Of a stretch of 64,000 bases of DNA, positions 10,200-23,041 are shown piece by piece. Within the stretch, counting starts at the first letter, position 1, and the number at the start of each line of letters is the position of its first letter. Both the position numbers and the translations under genes were made by a program. Source of the stretch: an uncultured Hormoscilla sp. (GTDB taxonomy: Bacteria; Cyanobacteriota; Cyanobacteriia; Cyanobacteriales; Desertifilaceae); NCBI GenBank assembly GCA_963921275.4, contig OZ001293.3, positions 5,376,001-5,440,000 of the forward strand, read 5' to 3'. Under the pieces are notes generated by a model that ran no database searches, was not told the DNA's origin, and saw only the letters and a program-made list of their open reading frames with translations.

Positions 10200-13100
10200 A
10201 CAGTCGCCAGGGTCAAGGTAGCACGCACCTGCCACTCCTGCTGGTCAGACCACACTATTCCCTCCGAAGCGATTATTTTTAGCATGCGCTTGAATAGTCG
10301 TCTGTGGCTGGGAACTATGCCTAACCTTTGGCTAGCTGCCTCAGTGGTGAAGCGATCGCCTACCAAGTACGGCCACCCCAGCTCTAGCAATGCTTGCACT
10401 ATATACTCAATGCTTAATTCTTCTAAGCTAGCTGCGCTTTGGGAAGAGCTTTTCTGGTCTACCGTTGCTACCAACTCTGTCAGACTCTGGCTCAACTGCT
10501 GCTCTATTTCTACCGGTTCCAGCATGTCCGACGTTGGCAGCAGTCTACCCAAACACCCTTTTGCTCTCCATTCTACTTCGTACAACCAGTCATTAATAGA
10601 TTCCGCTTCCGTTCCCAGTAGCGTTTGAGGCGTTGCCTGTTTTACTCGCAACCCTTCTACTAGAGCAACTATCTCTCCCTCTGGACTCACCACGGTCACT
10701 TGCGTGCTTAGACTTTCTGCACTTTTTCCCTCTGACTCCGTTAGGGACGCGATCGCCCACAGTTCTACTCCCGGACGAGTATGTATTTCTAACTTGTCCA
10801 TCCCTACTGGCAAGTAGGTTTTCTCATTGTTTGTCTCAGGCAGTACGTGATATGTTATCTGGAACGCTGCATCTAACAATGCCGGATGGAACTGATACTC
10901 CCTTGCTTCTTCTACCAACCCTTGGGGTAACTTGATCTTCGCCACTGCCAAGTTGGCTCCCGCACGCAAACTTTTAACGCCTTGGAAACTGCTGCCGTAG
11001 TCAATCCCTATTTCCGGACATTTTTGATAATGTTGTTTTACCTCTATGTCCCGGTTACAATCAGCCCAGTACTTTTCTATCTCTACTTTCTTTTTACTTG
11101 TCTCGGTCTGGAGGGGTTTGATTTTCCCTGTCGCGTGGAGACGTCACTCTTCCCCTTCTTCGCTTTCCCTTGACTCCTGGCTAAATATTTGCCATTTGTA
11201 TGTTTCTTTCTCTAATAGTGTCAGGATTGTCTGAACTGAAAACTGTTCCCCTGGAGACCAACTAAAGCCACGTCCAATTACTAGGTCTTCTACCACTACC
11301 CTGAGAGTCTTAAATCGGTTCTGCGCTGCTGCCGCTGCTATTTCCAAATAGGCTGTTGCCGGAAATAGGGCTTTATTGAATACTTTGTGATCCCTGAGGT
11401 TGCTTAGCTCTTTTTACTCTAAATATAATTAAAATAGTTTTTGTTCCCCAGCAAAATTTACTTTTTCACCTAACAGAGGGTGGAGCTTTTTCGACAAATA
11501 CTGCTTTTTCTGGTATTTATTTATATTTTCTATCCAGTAACATTCTCTCTGGAATGGATAAGTGGGCAATGCTACTTTCCGACGTCCGTAATCTCTGTCA
11601 AACCCCGACCAATCTACTTGGGTTCCCCGCACGTATAACTGTCCCAAACTCTCCAGCATCTGCTGCCATTCTTCTTTTTCCGGGCGTAGCGAAGGCAACC
11701 ATACTCTTCTATCTTCCGACAAACACTGACGCCCAATACCCAACAGAATTGGTTTTGGTCCTATTTCTAGGAATATCTCATATTTTCCTTCCAGCAGCGT
11801 TTGCATACTCTGGGCAAACCGCACTGGTTGTCGCACATGTTCTACCTAATATGCCGCCTCCGCTATTTCATCTCCCACTTGCAGTCCGCTTACATTAGAT
11901 ATCAGTGCTTTCTGAGGCTTACTATAGGTTCCTTCTTTGGCTACTGCTTCAAAAGAAACCAACATTGGTTCCATTAATGGTGAATGAAAGGCGTGAGATA
12001 CCTGCAATTGTTTGGTTTTGATTCCTTCTGATTCTAAACTGCTGACGATCGCCCTTACTACTTCGGACTCGCCAGAAATTACTACGCCTTCTGGACCGTT
12101 GATGGCCGCGATCGCTACTCTATCTGCGTAGAGCGCGATCGCCTCTAGTGCCTCTGACTCAGAAGTCATGAGGGAAACCATCGCCCCACCAGCAGGCAAC
12201 TGCTGCATCAACCGCCCCCGCATGGCAATTAATTTCAGACCGTCTTCTAGACTAAAAACTCCTGCTATGCAAGCAGCCACGTATTCACCCACACTGTGAC
12301 CCATTACCACCTTGGGTTTAATACCCCAAGATTCCCATAATTTAGCCAGAGCATATTCCATAGCAAACAGCGCTGGTTGCGTATAAGCGGTTTGGTCTAT
12401 CAACTGGAGCGACTGCTGTCGTGAGAATGAACTTTCTTTATTCTCTAAAACTCCTTCTGTTGGACTATTATCTGGATACAGTACTCTAATAGAGGCACTT
12501 CTAGATATAAGGAGAGTATTTCATTGCATCGGTCGATCTTTTTTCTAAAGGTGGGTTGCGTCTCATATAACCGCCTTCCCATTTGTAGGTATTGAGACCC
12601 TTGACCCGTGAACATAAATGCGATCGGGCGACTTTCTGCTAATCCTTTCGCCACTCTGTTTGTCTCATTATCCTTGAGTAAATCTGCTAATCCTTTCTGT
12701 AACTCATCCCTAGACCCTGCGACTACTGCCAGTCTTTCTGCAAAATCTGTACGTCCTGTATTTGCACTGAAGCAAAGGTCTGGAAGCGCTGCTGGAGCAT
12801 CTGACTGCAAATAACTTTCATATTTTGTCGCCAGTTCCCTCAGAGCTTTCTTCGTCTGGGCTGAGAGTTTTAATATCTGTAGCGGACGCTGTAGCGAGCT
12901 CTTCTGAGTTTCCTGTTCTGGGGGATCTTCAAACACAATATGAGCATTAACTCCACCAATCCCAAAGGAACTCACTCCAGCCCGTAGTTGAATCACAACT
13001 CCTGCTTGTGTCTTCAATTGTTCCCATTCTTGCGTTTCCCTCACGATGTAAAATGGGCTTCCCTCTAGCTCTATGCGGGGATTTAAGTGCTGAAAGTTAA

Positions 13101-14150
13101 CAATTTTGGGCAATTTACGATGCTTCATTGCCAACATAATTTTGATCGTCCCTGCAATTCCTGCTGCTGCTTCGGTATGTCCAATATTACTTTTCACTGC
13201 CCCTAAACCACAATAGGATTTTTCATACCTTTCTAATCCATACTGTTGATATAGTTGTCTAAATCCTCGTTTCAGAGCATTAATTTCAATCGGGTCTCCC
13301 AAGGGTTTACCAGTCCCATGAGCTTCAATATAAGATACTGTATTAGGGGCAACATTTGCTTTTGTATAAGCTGTTCGCAGCACTTGCGCTTGCCCATAAA
13401 CATTCGGAGAAGTCAAGGTTCTGGCTTTCCCTCCGTGATTAACCGCACTCCCTTTTATCACACCGTAAATGCGATCCCTATCTTCTCTCGCTTTCCCCAG
13501 GAACTTTAATAAAATTACTCCAGCTCCTTCTCCCCTAACGTAGCCATCTGCCTCACTGTCAAAGGTTTTACATTGTCCTGTCGGGGATAACATCCCCAGT
13601 TGACTCATTTGGATGTATCTTGTTGGCGTACAACACACACTTACCCCACCCACAAGTGCCATTTCACATTCCGATTCTTTGATCGCCTTATTGGCATAAT
13701 GAATAGCTACTAATGAGCTTGAACAAGCTGTATCTATAGGGATGCTAGGACCATTAAAGTTGAACCAGGAAGAAATGCGATTCGGTAGCATACAAGTCCA
13801 AGTTCCTGTACCACTATGTTCGTTGACATTTTCTTCATATCTATTTTGCAATATCATAGTCGTAATTACAAACCCCGATAAATACACATACTTGACTTCC
13901 TGACAGTTCTAATAGTGAATAACCAGCATCTTCCAGACAAGACCAACTCAACTCCAACATTATTCTCTGTTGAGGGTCCATTCTTGTTGCTTCTCTGGGG
14001 GATATCCCGAATAACTGGGCATCAAACTGTTCTATCCCTTCAATCAGTCCTCCCCATTTACTAATCGTTTTATTTGGTACTTCTGGATTGGGCGAATAAT
14101 ACGACTTCCCACCTTCGGGCTGGAATTTCACTAATACTATTTACTCCTTT
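10200..14150 (-). pseudogene. Type I modular PKS fragment (KS-AT-DH plus following linker), multiply broken
   Basis: KS MDPQQR, DTACSSS, EAHGTG, KSNIGH; AT GQGSQY, GHSVGE, SHAFH; DH HPLLG, HPALLD. Split over at least 6 ORFs; 5' end cut at the ISL3. Confidence 0.92.
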
Positions 14151-14151
14151 C

Positions 14152-15534
14152 GGTTCTTCTCAATCTAGTATGCTAAAATAGGTCTTGAAGTTGATGCGCC
14201 CGCTCAACGGGAGATCCTGAAAACCGGAAAACCTTTTCCAGCTTGACATTCAGCAACTAGCTAGTTGTGGTATAATATAGATGCGCGAAAAAACAGGGAG
14301 AATTTATAAGATGCCACGCTCGAATCTAAAAATACTAACAACATTGTTAAACATTCCAGAGGTGAAAGTTGTCGGGTATACTGAGACTCATTTAACAGAA
14401 GTGATGATGACAATTGAGGCAGAAAAAAAAGAAGCAATTTGCCCTAGATGTCATCAAAAAAGTCTTGCATCAGAACCATAATTATTTAATTAAGGATTTG
14501 CCCTGGGGAGAAAAAAAAGTTTTTCTCAAAATCAATCGCCGTGCGCTCGCTGTTTGAAACCGTGAGAAATTGTCATATGTAGAAGGTCGGCGTAAATGTA
14601 CGAAGAGACTGGGAGAACAAGTGGTTCGAGAAGTATTAAATGGGGATATTATTAATGTAGCGCTTCGGTATGACTTAAAAGAATCTGAGGTTCAACAAAT
14701 GCTATCTGGACAGGTGAAAATTGAACCGAACTAAAAAAGCTAGGGATCGATGAAATTGCATTGGTAAAAGGACAAGGTAATTATTTAGCTGTTTTAGCCG
14801 TGTCTCCTGGGAGCGCTATTCGCACTACCCAGGAGACGTGGATGTTGAGAATAGCAAACTTCTGGAAATAGTGAAGTCTCGGCGACAAGAAGATCTGCGA
14901 GAAGTCTTGCTATCATGGGGTCCCGAGGTGTTGAATGGTATTGAAGAAGTGAGTATGTGGAAACCGTATCAAAGTTTAGTGGAAGAATTGATGCCTAATG
15001 CTGAAGTTATAGCTGACCGTGTGACTAAGCAAGTAAATGAAGAGCTAGATAATTGTCGAAAACAAATCAAGAATGAAGCTAAAAAACTTAAGAGAAAGTC
15101 AGAAAAAGAAGAGATATCGTCGGTATTAAATAAAAGGAAAGCTCATAAAAAATCAAGAAAAATTTAAAGAAGAACAAGAAATTAAGCTGAAATAAATTCA
15201 AGAAAAAATTCCTAAATTGGGAAAAATGCACCGAGGAGCAGCTACATATATGAGAGGTCCGAAAAGTCGGAAAATCCTACCTTACAAATCCTCGATTGGA
15301 TCCTAGAGGCAAGAGAGGATTTTCCCGTGTGAAGACAATTATTCGATGGTTCGGAGAAATTGTAGGTGATTTTGAATCGGGGACAACTCAAGGGACTGTG
15401 TCAGGAATAAATAACCGTCTCAAGTTAATCAAACGTAAGGGATATGGATTCAGAAATCTGGAAAATTTTCGCTTGCGTAGTCTCCTTTCCTGGTGCTTTT
15501 AGCCTCAATCTAGCATACTAGATTGAGAAGAGCC
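14152..15534 (+). mobile_element. ISL3-family IS, degenerate
   Basis: 24-bp TIRs GGTTCTTCTCAATCTAGTATGCTA / TAGCATACTAGATTGAGAAGAGCC; CPRC finger, LGIDEI, GINNRLKLIKRKGYGFRN; no TSD seen. Confidence 0.9.
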
Positions 15535-16080
15535 AAAATTTTCTGGGAGTAACTGTTTCAGTTCGGCGCTACCACGGGTTGGAGCCAAAAGCAGAACGTT
15601 GGTCACTGGTGGCTACCCATAACCAATACTTAATCCCATCAATGCCATAAGTTGTCTCCTCCACAGAGCCCACAGCAGGTTTTTGTACATAAGCTAGCCA
15701 CTTTTGATAACTTGGCTCTCAACTTTCGCGCTTTCCACCGGTGCATCGAAGCTAAACTACCTTGGGAAATTGCTACAGCCAATACATGTTCGACAAAATA
15801 CTCTTGCTTTCGCCAGGTCAGGTTGCCACCATTCAAGCGCCAACCAACAACACTGCCATCTCGTCAGCAGGGATGGTGGAGGTCATCTGTGAGGTCTGTA
15901 GTGCAGCAGTAAAGGTCATATAAGCTAGTATACTCCAAGGGGAGCCTATCTCTGTCAGCCGAGGGGAAGTTGTACCCTAGTCCTGAGAGCTGAAATTCTT
16001 ATATGGCAATGGTAGGGAGCGATTTTACACCGTGGATGTTTATAGCAATGAGCAAGTTATCCATTCTCAATAAGCTTTAT

Positions 16081-16366
16081 TTATTGCTGTGAGCAGTTAC
16101 GAGAAATCGCTACCCTCAAACATTGGTTTTGGTCTGAAAACTCTGTCTTGTCTGTCGCGTTCAGCCCCGATGGCAAGACTTTAGCCAGTGGCAGTGGTGA
16201 CGATACTATCAAACTCTGGAATTTGGAGACATTCCGAAAAATCGCTACCCTCAAGGGGCATTCAGACTTGGTCTGGTCCGTCGCCTTCAGCCCCGATGGC
16301 AAGACTTTAGTCAGTGGCAGTTGGGACGGTACTATCAAGATTTGGCGGGCAGGAGTAAGCAACTGA
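16081..16366 (+). pseudogene. WD40-repeat protein C-terminal fragment
   Basis: SVAFSPDGKTLASGSGDDTIKLW occurs twice (second copy slightly variant). Confidence 0.85.
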
Positions 16367-16413
16367 AAGGGAAAAGTGGGAAACGTGGTTTGCCACGGCA
16401 TAGAAGAGATAAT

Positions 16414-16743
16414 CTAACCAACAGCGTAGTGAGTAAACTTACGCATAAACGGAGAATGAAACCCGATAACAATGTCCTGGTTGTCTACGCCTCTTGCTAT
16501 TAATTCAGCCGCCAAGTCTATCTCCGTTGCATTCTACTGAATCCAGATTTTTTCATCTTTGATATCCAAATGAATTATACAACTATGTATCCATGTTTGC
16601 CGGTCCCAACCCAGGTAAACAGTTTGGTAATGATTCCGTTCTACATCGAAAATCGTTTCAACTTCTATTTCGCCGTGTGCTAGTTGACTGTAATCTAATA
16701 ACAATTCTTGAATCCAATGACGATCTGCTTCTAGTTTTTCCAT
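16414..16743 (-). pseudogene. xisI: XisI-family protein with in-frame stops
   Basis: HYQTVYLGW, IHLDIKDEKIWIQ, then TAG TAG, then ...IVIGFHSPFMRKFTHYAVG. Confidence 0.85.
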
Positions 16744-17139
16744 TGGACGAGTACCTCCTCTTCCGGCTCGTATATAATTAGCTTAACTGAATTCTCTTCA
16801 ATCATTATTTTGGGAAACTATAGTTGAAAAAACGTGTTATATGCTATTATCGATACCGCAAGATAAAGATTTATTTCAGCTTCTTTTACGCTCAAGGCTA
16901 TTCTGTAATTTATGTATTGTCCTAATGCTGTATGAAATTCAGCGAGCGCCGATGCTTGCGGTAAAAAAACTTGATTTTAACAGCAATTTTTCCTGGCTGT
17001 TTTCCGCTGCGATTAAAGTTTCAGCCCCAGGTATATTAACGACCTTTCCATACACAATAGGAAATGGGTCGTGAGTTATTTGCCATCCCTCTTTGATTAA
17101 CGCATTTTTAACGGCTGCGTGAAATGGATCGTTTGACAT
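16731..17139 (-). pseudogene. xisH: XisH-family protein, frameshifted
   Basis: FHAAVKNALIKEGWQITHDP and GAETLIAAE; directly upstream of xisI. Confidence 0.85.
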
Positions 17140-17319
17140 ACTTGATGGTATAAATTTATTTTATATTATGTTCGCTTGCAAATCCAATGAATGTTATAAA
17201 TAGGCTATAACGGGTGCGATCTTAATACCATTTTGAAAAAAAATTGACAATTGTTTAAGCCTTATCATATTAGTCGGTTTTAACCGACTTTAGCTTTTAG
17301 CCGGGGGTTTGAACCCTCC

Positions 17320-17402
17320 GTGTCTCGTGGGTAGTGCGAGTACGATGTCCCCGGGGTAGTGCGACTAGCGCTCCCCGGGGACATCGAGCGACCACGAGAC
17401 AC
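17320..17402 (-). repeat. Two-level nested hairpin element inside a REP-like host repeat
   Basis: Outer arms GTGTCTCGTGG/CCACGAGACAC; inner arms CGATGTCCCCGGGG/CCCCGGGGACATCG at 17343-17386. Confidence 0.85.
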
Positions 17403-17416
17403 GAAAGGCGGGCTAA

Positions 17417-18985
17417 CTACTCAGACAAAGGGAAATTTGATTCTACAGATAGAGAAGCAACTGATTCTGTCTGAACGATCGCGGCTTGGAGGATGGGAGT
17501 GCGAGAGATAGAATCATTAGCGAGGGTAAAGAGGGGGTTAGAAAGAATGCCCCCCAGAGACGTAGCAATCAAAGACAGCACTAAACCCACTTGTAAAGGT
17601 CGCATACCAGGAATATTCCAGCGAACTTCCGGGTAATTTTTCACCACGTCGGACATTTCCTGGGGTTCCTTGACCACCATCATCTTGATAACGCGGATGT
17701 AATAGTAGATGGAAACCACGCTAGTAATTAACCCCAGAATCACCAAGGCGTAAAGTCCAGCTTGCCAACCTGCCCAGAACAGGTAAATTTTCCCGAAGAA
17801 ACCAACCAAAGGCGGTATCCCTCCCAAGGAAAGCAGACAGATGCTTAATCCCAATGTCAGCAGAGGGTCTTTTTGATATAAACCGGAATAGGCGCTAATT
17901 TGGTCGCTACCCGTCCGCAGGGAGAAGAGGATCACGCAGGTGAAGCCCCCTAGGTTCATGAATAGGTAAGCTATCAGGTAAAAGACCATGCTGGAATATC
18001 CCGCTTGGGTGCCTGCCAGAAAACCAATCATCACGAAACCTGCTTGACCTATAGAAGAATAAGCCAATAGTCGCTTCATGCTAGTTTGGGCCAGGGCGAC
18101 CACGTTCCCCAAGACCATGCTGAGAACGGCCAGGGCGGTAAAGACCAAATGCCATTGTTCCGATACCAGGGGAAAGGCCGTCAGCAGCAGACGGATGGCC
18201 AGGGCGAAGCCTGCGGCCTTGGAACCTACCGAGAGGAAGGCCACTACCGGGGTGGGAGACCCTTCGTATACGTCCGGCGTCCATTGGTGGAAGGGGACTG
18301 CCGAGATCTTAAAGGCGATACCGGCGATAACAAACACCAGGGCGATGACTAAACCGATATTAGAACCGCCGCTGCCAGCGGCTATCTGGGAGGCGATCGC
18401 GCCCAGTTTGGTCTCGCCGCCGGACAAACCATATAATAAGGAGGTGCCGTAGAGGAAGACAGCGGAACTGGCCGCGCCGATCAGCAGGTATTTCAAAGCA
18501 GCTTCATTGGAACGGGGGTCGCGCTTCAGGTAACCTGTTAGCAGGTAGGAAGAGATACTGAGGGTTTCCAGGGAGACAAAGATCGTCACCAGCTCATCGG
18601 CACCGGAGAGAAACATGGCTCCGAGGGTAGCAGTGAGCAAAATGCTGATAAATTCTCCTAAGGCACTGCCCGTCTCTTCCACGTAGGTAACGGACATTAA
18701 AATAGTCACCAAAGCTGACAGGGCGATGATACCCCGAAATATCACGCTCAGGGCATCCCCGTTAAACTCTCCCAAAAAGGCGATCGGGTTTTCGGTATCC
18801 CATTGGAAAAGCAGGGCGAAGATCGCACCTGTCAGTCCAGCGATCGCCAGATAGGGAATCCAGCGAGAGGAGGATCTGCCAGCTATCAGGTCAGCCATCA
18901 ATACCGCCAGGAGAGTGATAATCACGATCATCTCTGGCAAAATCGTCCCAGCGTTGAGCTGGGCAGCAAGTGTAGCAAAATCCAT
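17417..18985 (-). CDS. ndhB: NAD(P)H-quinone oxidoreductase subunit 2 (N)
   Basis: [46 protein letters not shown]; 522 aa. Confidence 0.97.
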   Translation of the reverse strand: MDFATLAAQLNAGTILPEMIVIITLLAVLMADLIAGRSSSRWIPYLAIAGLTGAIFALLFQWDTENPIAFLGEFNGDALSVIFRGIIALSALVTILMSVTYVEETGSALGEFISILLTATLGAMFLSGADELVTIFVSLETLSISSYLLTGYLKRDPRSNEAALKYLLIGAASSAVFLYGTSLLYGLSGGETKLGAIASQIAAGSGGSNIGLVIALVFVIAGIAFKISAVPFHQWTPDVYEGSPTPVVAFLSVGSKAAGFALAIRLLLTAFPLVSEQWHLVFTALAVLSMVLGNVVALAQTSMKRLLAYSSIGQAGFVMIGFLAGTQAGYSSMVFYLIAYLFMNLGGFTCVILFSLRTGSDQISAYSGLYQKDPLLTLGLSICLLSLGGIPPLVGFFGKIYLFWAGWQAGLYALVILGLITSVVSIYYYIRVIKMMVVKEPQEMSDVVKNYPEVRWNIPGMRPLQVGLVLSLIATSLGGILSNPLFTLANDSISRTPILQAAIVQTESVASLSVESNFPLSE

Positions 18986-19224
18986 AGGTTCTATGAGGTT
19001 TTGTTTACGATCCGTGGGTCAGTCAACTTAACATTCCTTATCATATAGGTGATCGGGACTTTTTTGATGAGTCCCGGCCAAGAAACCCGGCTAAGCTACC
19101 ACGCCCCCAGCCTAAAGATTGGGGCTACACGAACAAAGCCCGCCTGCGCGGGCTATATTAAATTAAAGGGATATTCCCCAAAGAAACCGAGTTTCTTTGG
19201 GGAGTTTTCGCCTATTATCCCTGG

Positions 19225-19659
19225 TTATACCCTTAACACTGGTTGATCCGGATGTTCTGGGTTTGGCAATAATCGCTGTCCCAGACAGTCTACATGCAGA
19301 TCCATCTTCTCCAGAATAGTTTGTCCAATAAGTACAATGTCGCCTAACACTAGCGCCTCTTCCAGAGTCTCTCGCCCCATGATTTCCACTTCTACTGCTT
19401 CGGTCACATCCACTTCTTCATGCCGCCCATCTGCATACCTGGCCACCTGTTTGCCGCGCCGTTCCAGACCCAATTTCCTGACTACATGGGATGGCAGCAC
19501 TAATGAAATACATCCTGTATCAACTAAAGCATCTGCTTCATAGGAATGAACTTCTCCTATGGGCATTGTCCGCCGCCGCACTAACCCCATATCCGCAGCA
19601 TTGGTTAGTTTCACCTTTACTTTTACTTCTCCCATTTTCTCTCTCCTTCTCTTTACCAA
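19225..19659 (-). CDS. Clan AA aspartic protease
   Basis: ALVDTG catalytic motif; LIGQTILEKMDL. Confidence 0.85.
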   Translation of the reverse strand: MVKRRREKMGEVKVKVKLTNAADMGLVRRRTMPIGEVHSYEADALVDTGCISLVLPSHVVRKLGLERRGKQVARYADGRHEEVDVTEAVEVEIMGRETLEEALVLGDIVLIGQTILEKMDLHVDCLGQRLLPNPEHPDQPVLRV

Positions 19660-19741
19660 ATAAGAGGCGATCGCATTTTCTCTATCTTAACATTAAATCT
19701 GTGTCGCCAACCTTTTGGTGGGCGATGCTTACTAACTCCTA

Positions 19742-19963
19742 CTAACTCTGCACCGAAAACTCATCTGGGTCAATTCCCCAATTCACCCATTTTATCGCTT
19801 TCCTAGCCGATTCTACATCAGGGGTAACTCGCAGAGCATAAATATATCTCGTACTCGGGCAAGTCATCTTTAACAGATAAATTTGCTCCACATACACATC
19901 AGCATCTATTCTTAACAGCGTGTCTTCTCGCCAACTATCCAATTCTTTTGCTTGCAACGCCAA
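19742..19963 (-). pseudogene. DUF6745-like C-terminal fragment
   Basis: LLKMTCPST...ALRVTPDVESARKAIKWVNWGIDPDEFSVQS. Confidence 0.7.
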
Positions 19964-19999
19964 TTCTGGCTTAACCTATTTCCTGAATTAGCAATCCTC

Positions 20000-20600
20000 T
20001 GACTTCTGCATTCCTCCAGAGACAAAATTTTTACTTCTAAACTTTCGCTCTCCTGCCGCTCTCCTGCTAATGTTCGGTTAAAATTGCCATTGCTTCATCT
20101 CGCTTCATCTTTTTCCTTTTGATTGATATTGCTAACTGTCTTTCTCTACTATTATATAGCATCCTCTGATGCCCAGAAACCAGGTTTATAGCGCGACAGC
20201 GTCGTCGCGCTATTCGTATAGAAGAAACCGAGTTTCTCAACTTTTCCATACTGACGATCGCCCGGTTTGTTAGTCCGGTTCATCCAATAATGATTGTAAT
20301 TCCGGCATCAGAGGTAGCAGTTCATTTTGGATAATATCCCAAACCTTTTCCAAGTCCACGTCGCGATATTCATGCTTGCGCAGCATTTGCCCCCAGGGAA
20401 TTTGGGGATAGCGAGTCTGAATTTCTGGCGGTATTTTCCGCGCCGCTTCATGATAATTCTGAAACAGTACAGCACTGCACTTACCGTCATTTTATCGGTT
20501 ATAAAAGTCTCAAAGTCCAAATCAACAGCGAAACTCTGGACATCAGTAATAGACCCGAGAATATTCTCAATGTAAATTTTCCAATCATGGCGCGGTATAT
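20000..20600 (-). pseudogene. Decayed HepT(DUF86)/nucleotidyltransferase toxin-antitoxin fragments
   Basis: RHDWKIYIENILGSI...FETF...AVLYCF, PEIPW in another frame, and MKRDEAMAILTEH. Confidence 0.55.
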
Positions 20601-20849
20601 TATAAGTAACCTCCTTAGTAACAACCTTCTGACTGGTAACCGGCAGTACCGGTAAAGCTTCCCTGAGAATGCGATCGCGCAGTCTGGGTTTCAACTCTTT
20701 AGGAACAACGAGATACATTTTGCATGCCAAAATATTTTCCAGGTATTGCTGAATTTCTACAAAATCATACCAGAAATTCTCTAAGTTCTCCTAATTGATG
20801 ATTCATATACTTTAAAAGGGATCGACTTGAGAAGAATGGAGAAGAACGT

Positions 20850-20951
20850 GTCATTGCGAGGGGGGCGCCTCATCTGTAACTGTGGTAAGCAAAACTATCA
20901 GACCCCCCCGAAGCAATCTCCTGCCCAGCGCTCGGGAGATTGCTTTGGGGG
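20850..20951. repeat. Cruciform GTCATTGCGAG repeat, copy A (right arm lost)
   Basis: GTCATTGCGAGGGGGG-37 nt-CCCCCCCGAAGCAATCTCC...GGAGATTGCTTTGGGGG. Confidence 0.8.
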
Positions 20952-20961
20952 TGTTACTCTT

Positions 20962-21300
20962 AGACCTCTTCAAAATCGAATTTCTTGCTATGCTTAGGTT
21001 TCAAGGCTCATCTCACATACTCACATTTGTGACCTCCACGACAACATCAGAGTTTGATTTAGTTTCTGTCAATAAATAACTCCAAAGATGGTATTGATTA
21101 ACATTGAACTTCTGAGCACTATCATCGAAATCTACTACTTCTAAAATTAAGGCTCCAATTCTAAATCTTACTAATCCACAAATTTTGAAATTATTGAAGC
21201 ATATTTTTCCGGTTTTAAACGGAACCTTTCACTGGCTACTCGAAATATTTTTACTAATCTGATTACATGTTCTACAAAGACCCTTAAAGATGAAAATTAA
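20962..21300 (-). mobile_element. IS end remnant homologous to the left part of the 24778-25792 element
   Basis: AGACCTCTTCAAAA end; encodes NQYHLWSYLLT versus NQYHLWSSLLT. Confidence 0.55.
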
Positions 21301-21309
21301 TATCAGCCT

Positions 21310-21702
21310 TCAGCTTTCCGAACAGCTTAAATCCGGAATTAACTCTAGCACAGTTTTTTGAATGAAATCGCGCTGATAAAAATCTCGATCGACAATTTCT
21401 CGATTCCATACCACAATATCTAAATCTATACAGCGCGGTCCATTCTTATTTTCTGTTTTCACCCTCCCCATGTCAATTTCAATTTGTTTGAGCTTTTCGC
21501 GCAGAGTTTGGCGACTATCTTCCGTCTGGATAAGATATGCACCATTCATAAAATCTGGCTGTTCCGTAAACCCGATCGGTCTAGTTCGGTAAAACTGAGA
21601 TTGCTTGACAAACTTAGATTTTTCCGATATCTTCTTCCTAGCGATCTCAATGTTAATTTCTGGATCTATATTAGAGCCAACACTAATTATCACTTCATTC
21701 AT
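21310..21702 (-). CDS. folK: 6-hydroxymethyl-7,8-dihydropterin pyrophosphokinase
   Basis: SVGSNI, QPDFMN, GPRCIDLDIV. Confidence 0.92.
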   Translation of the reverse strand: MNEVIISVGSNIDPEINIEIARKKISEKSKFVKQSQFYRTRPIGFTEQPDFMNGAYLIQTEDSRQTLREKLKQIEIDMGRVKTENKNGPRCIDLDIVVWNREIVDRDFYQRDFIQKTVLELIPDLSCSES

Positions 21703-22118
21703 CTGGTCGCCTTCAATTTAATAGAAACCTAATCAGCAAATCGCAAAGCAAAAGGTTTATCCACTTTCACTTTTGCCCAAACGATGAGATGATTTTCCAT
21801 GACAATATCTAAAATCATTTGAGCGAGAGTTTCTAGCAAATTACAATCGCTTTTTTCCACCAGATTTATTACCTGCTTCGCAATCGTTTTATAGTTGACT
21901 GTATCTTCAACTATATCAGTTTGCGCCGCTTTGCCTACCTTAAACTTCGCTTTGATATTAACGATCACATCTTGCTTATTTTTCCTTTCCCAATCATTAA
22001 ATCCAATTACCGTTCTGAGCCTTAAATTTTCGATCTCGAACACGGCAAAATCCACATAATTATTGTCTTCTTTTTTACTTTTTACTTCTCTTTTTAAGGT
22101 TGACATGCTATTAGTCAT
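21699..22118 (-). pseudogene. folX: FolX/FolB-family dihydroneopterin epimerase/aldolase with a premature TAG 10 codons before the end
   Basis: NLRLRTVIG, VNYKTI, LLETLA, DKPFALRFAD*VSIKLKATR; the natural TGA overlaps the folK ATG. Confidence 0.75.
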
Positions 22119-22182
22119 TGCTCTTCCTTTTTTACAGACAATTAAAGTTCACGACTTCATATTCATTACAACTGGTAACAGT

Positions 22183-22890
22183 TTATAAATGTTGACCTCC
22201 ATCGACAAATAACAGCTGCCCAGTCACAAAATCATTCTCCAACAAATATATCATAGCTTGACAAATTTGCTTTACATTTCCTTGCTGACACATTGGCAGT
22301 TTTTGTTTTAACTTGTCTAGATAATCCTGACTTGCCCCTTCTGGTGCTAAAATAAATCCCGGTGCGATGCCATTAACTCGAATATCGGGAGCTAACTCCA
22401 AAGCTGCCATTGAGGTTAAATCCGCCAGAGATTTCTTAGCTAAAGTATAAGCAGCATAGGTATAATCATTCTTGCTCATGCGAGTGTCTATAATGTTGAT
22501 AATATTTCCTGTGCCAACAAAGCGAGCAAAATCCCGGATTAAGAAGAAAGGCGCTTTCAGGTTAACCGCCAAGTGACGATCGAACAACTCCATCTCCGTA
22601 TTTTTTATAGTTGCTGGTTCAAATATTGAGGCATTATTGACCAATACTTCTAGATCCTGAAAGTCGGCTTTCACTCTTCCCAATAGGTTAATTATATCCC
22701 GATCTCGCTCTATATTTGCCTGATAAATTTTACAGGTTCTACCCTGAGACTCGATCTGGACACGTAACCTCTCTGCACTGGCGCTGGAACTATGATAATG
22801 AATTGCTAAATCATACCCCAATAAAGCCAACTCTTGGGCGATCGCTCTCCCAATGCGTCTGACGCCACCTGTAACCAAAGCGCAAGCCAT
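22183..22890 (-). CDS. Pteridine reductase/FolM-like short-chain dehydrogenase
   Basis: TGGVRRIG, NNAS.F, YTLAK, DGG; lies in the pterin cluster. Confidence 0.85.
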   Translation of the reverse strand: MACALVTGGVRRIGRAIAQELALLGYDLAIHYHSSSASAERLRVQIESQGRTCKIYQANIERDRDIINLLGRVKADFQDLEVLVNNASIFEPATIKNTEMELFDRHLAVNLKAPFFLIRDFARFVGTGNIINIIDTRMSKNDYTYAAYTLAKKSLADLTSMAALELAPDIRVNGIAPGFILAPEGASQDYLDKLKQKLPMCQQGNVKQICQAMIYLLENDFVTGQLLFVDGGQHL

Positions 22891-23041
22891 ATAGTTTCTA
22901 TTTTCGCCTCTTTGTTATTTAGCATAAATTCTAACATAACCGATCGCAGCCTGCTTTGGGATCTAATTGTCACAAAACTTAACAAAAGCGAGGGACATCG
23001 GTCAGGAACCCTTTCCCTTTTCCCCAGCCCCAAATTACCAG

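Noticed and set aside
15540..16080. Short ORFs after ISL3
   Set aside because: No recognisable family; cannot be supported.
21729..21731. Stop-codon recoding in folX and other genes
   Set aside because: Premature stops include both TAG and TAA, and intact genes end in TAG, so nonsense mutation is simpler.
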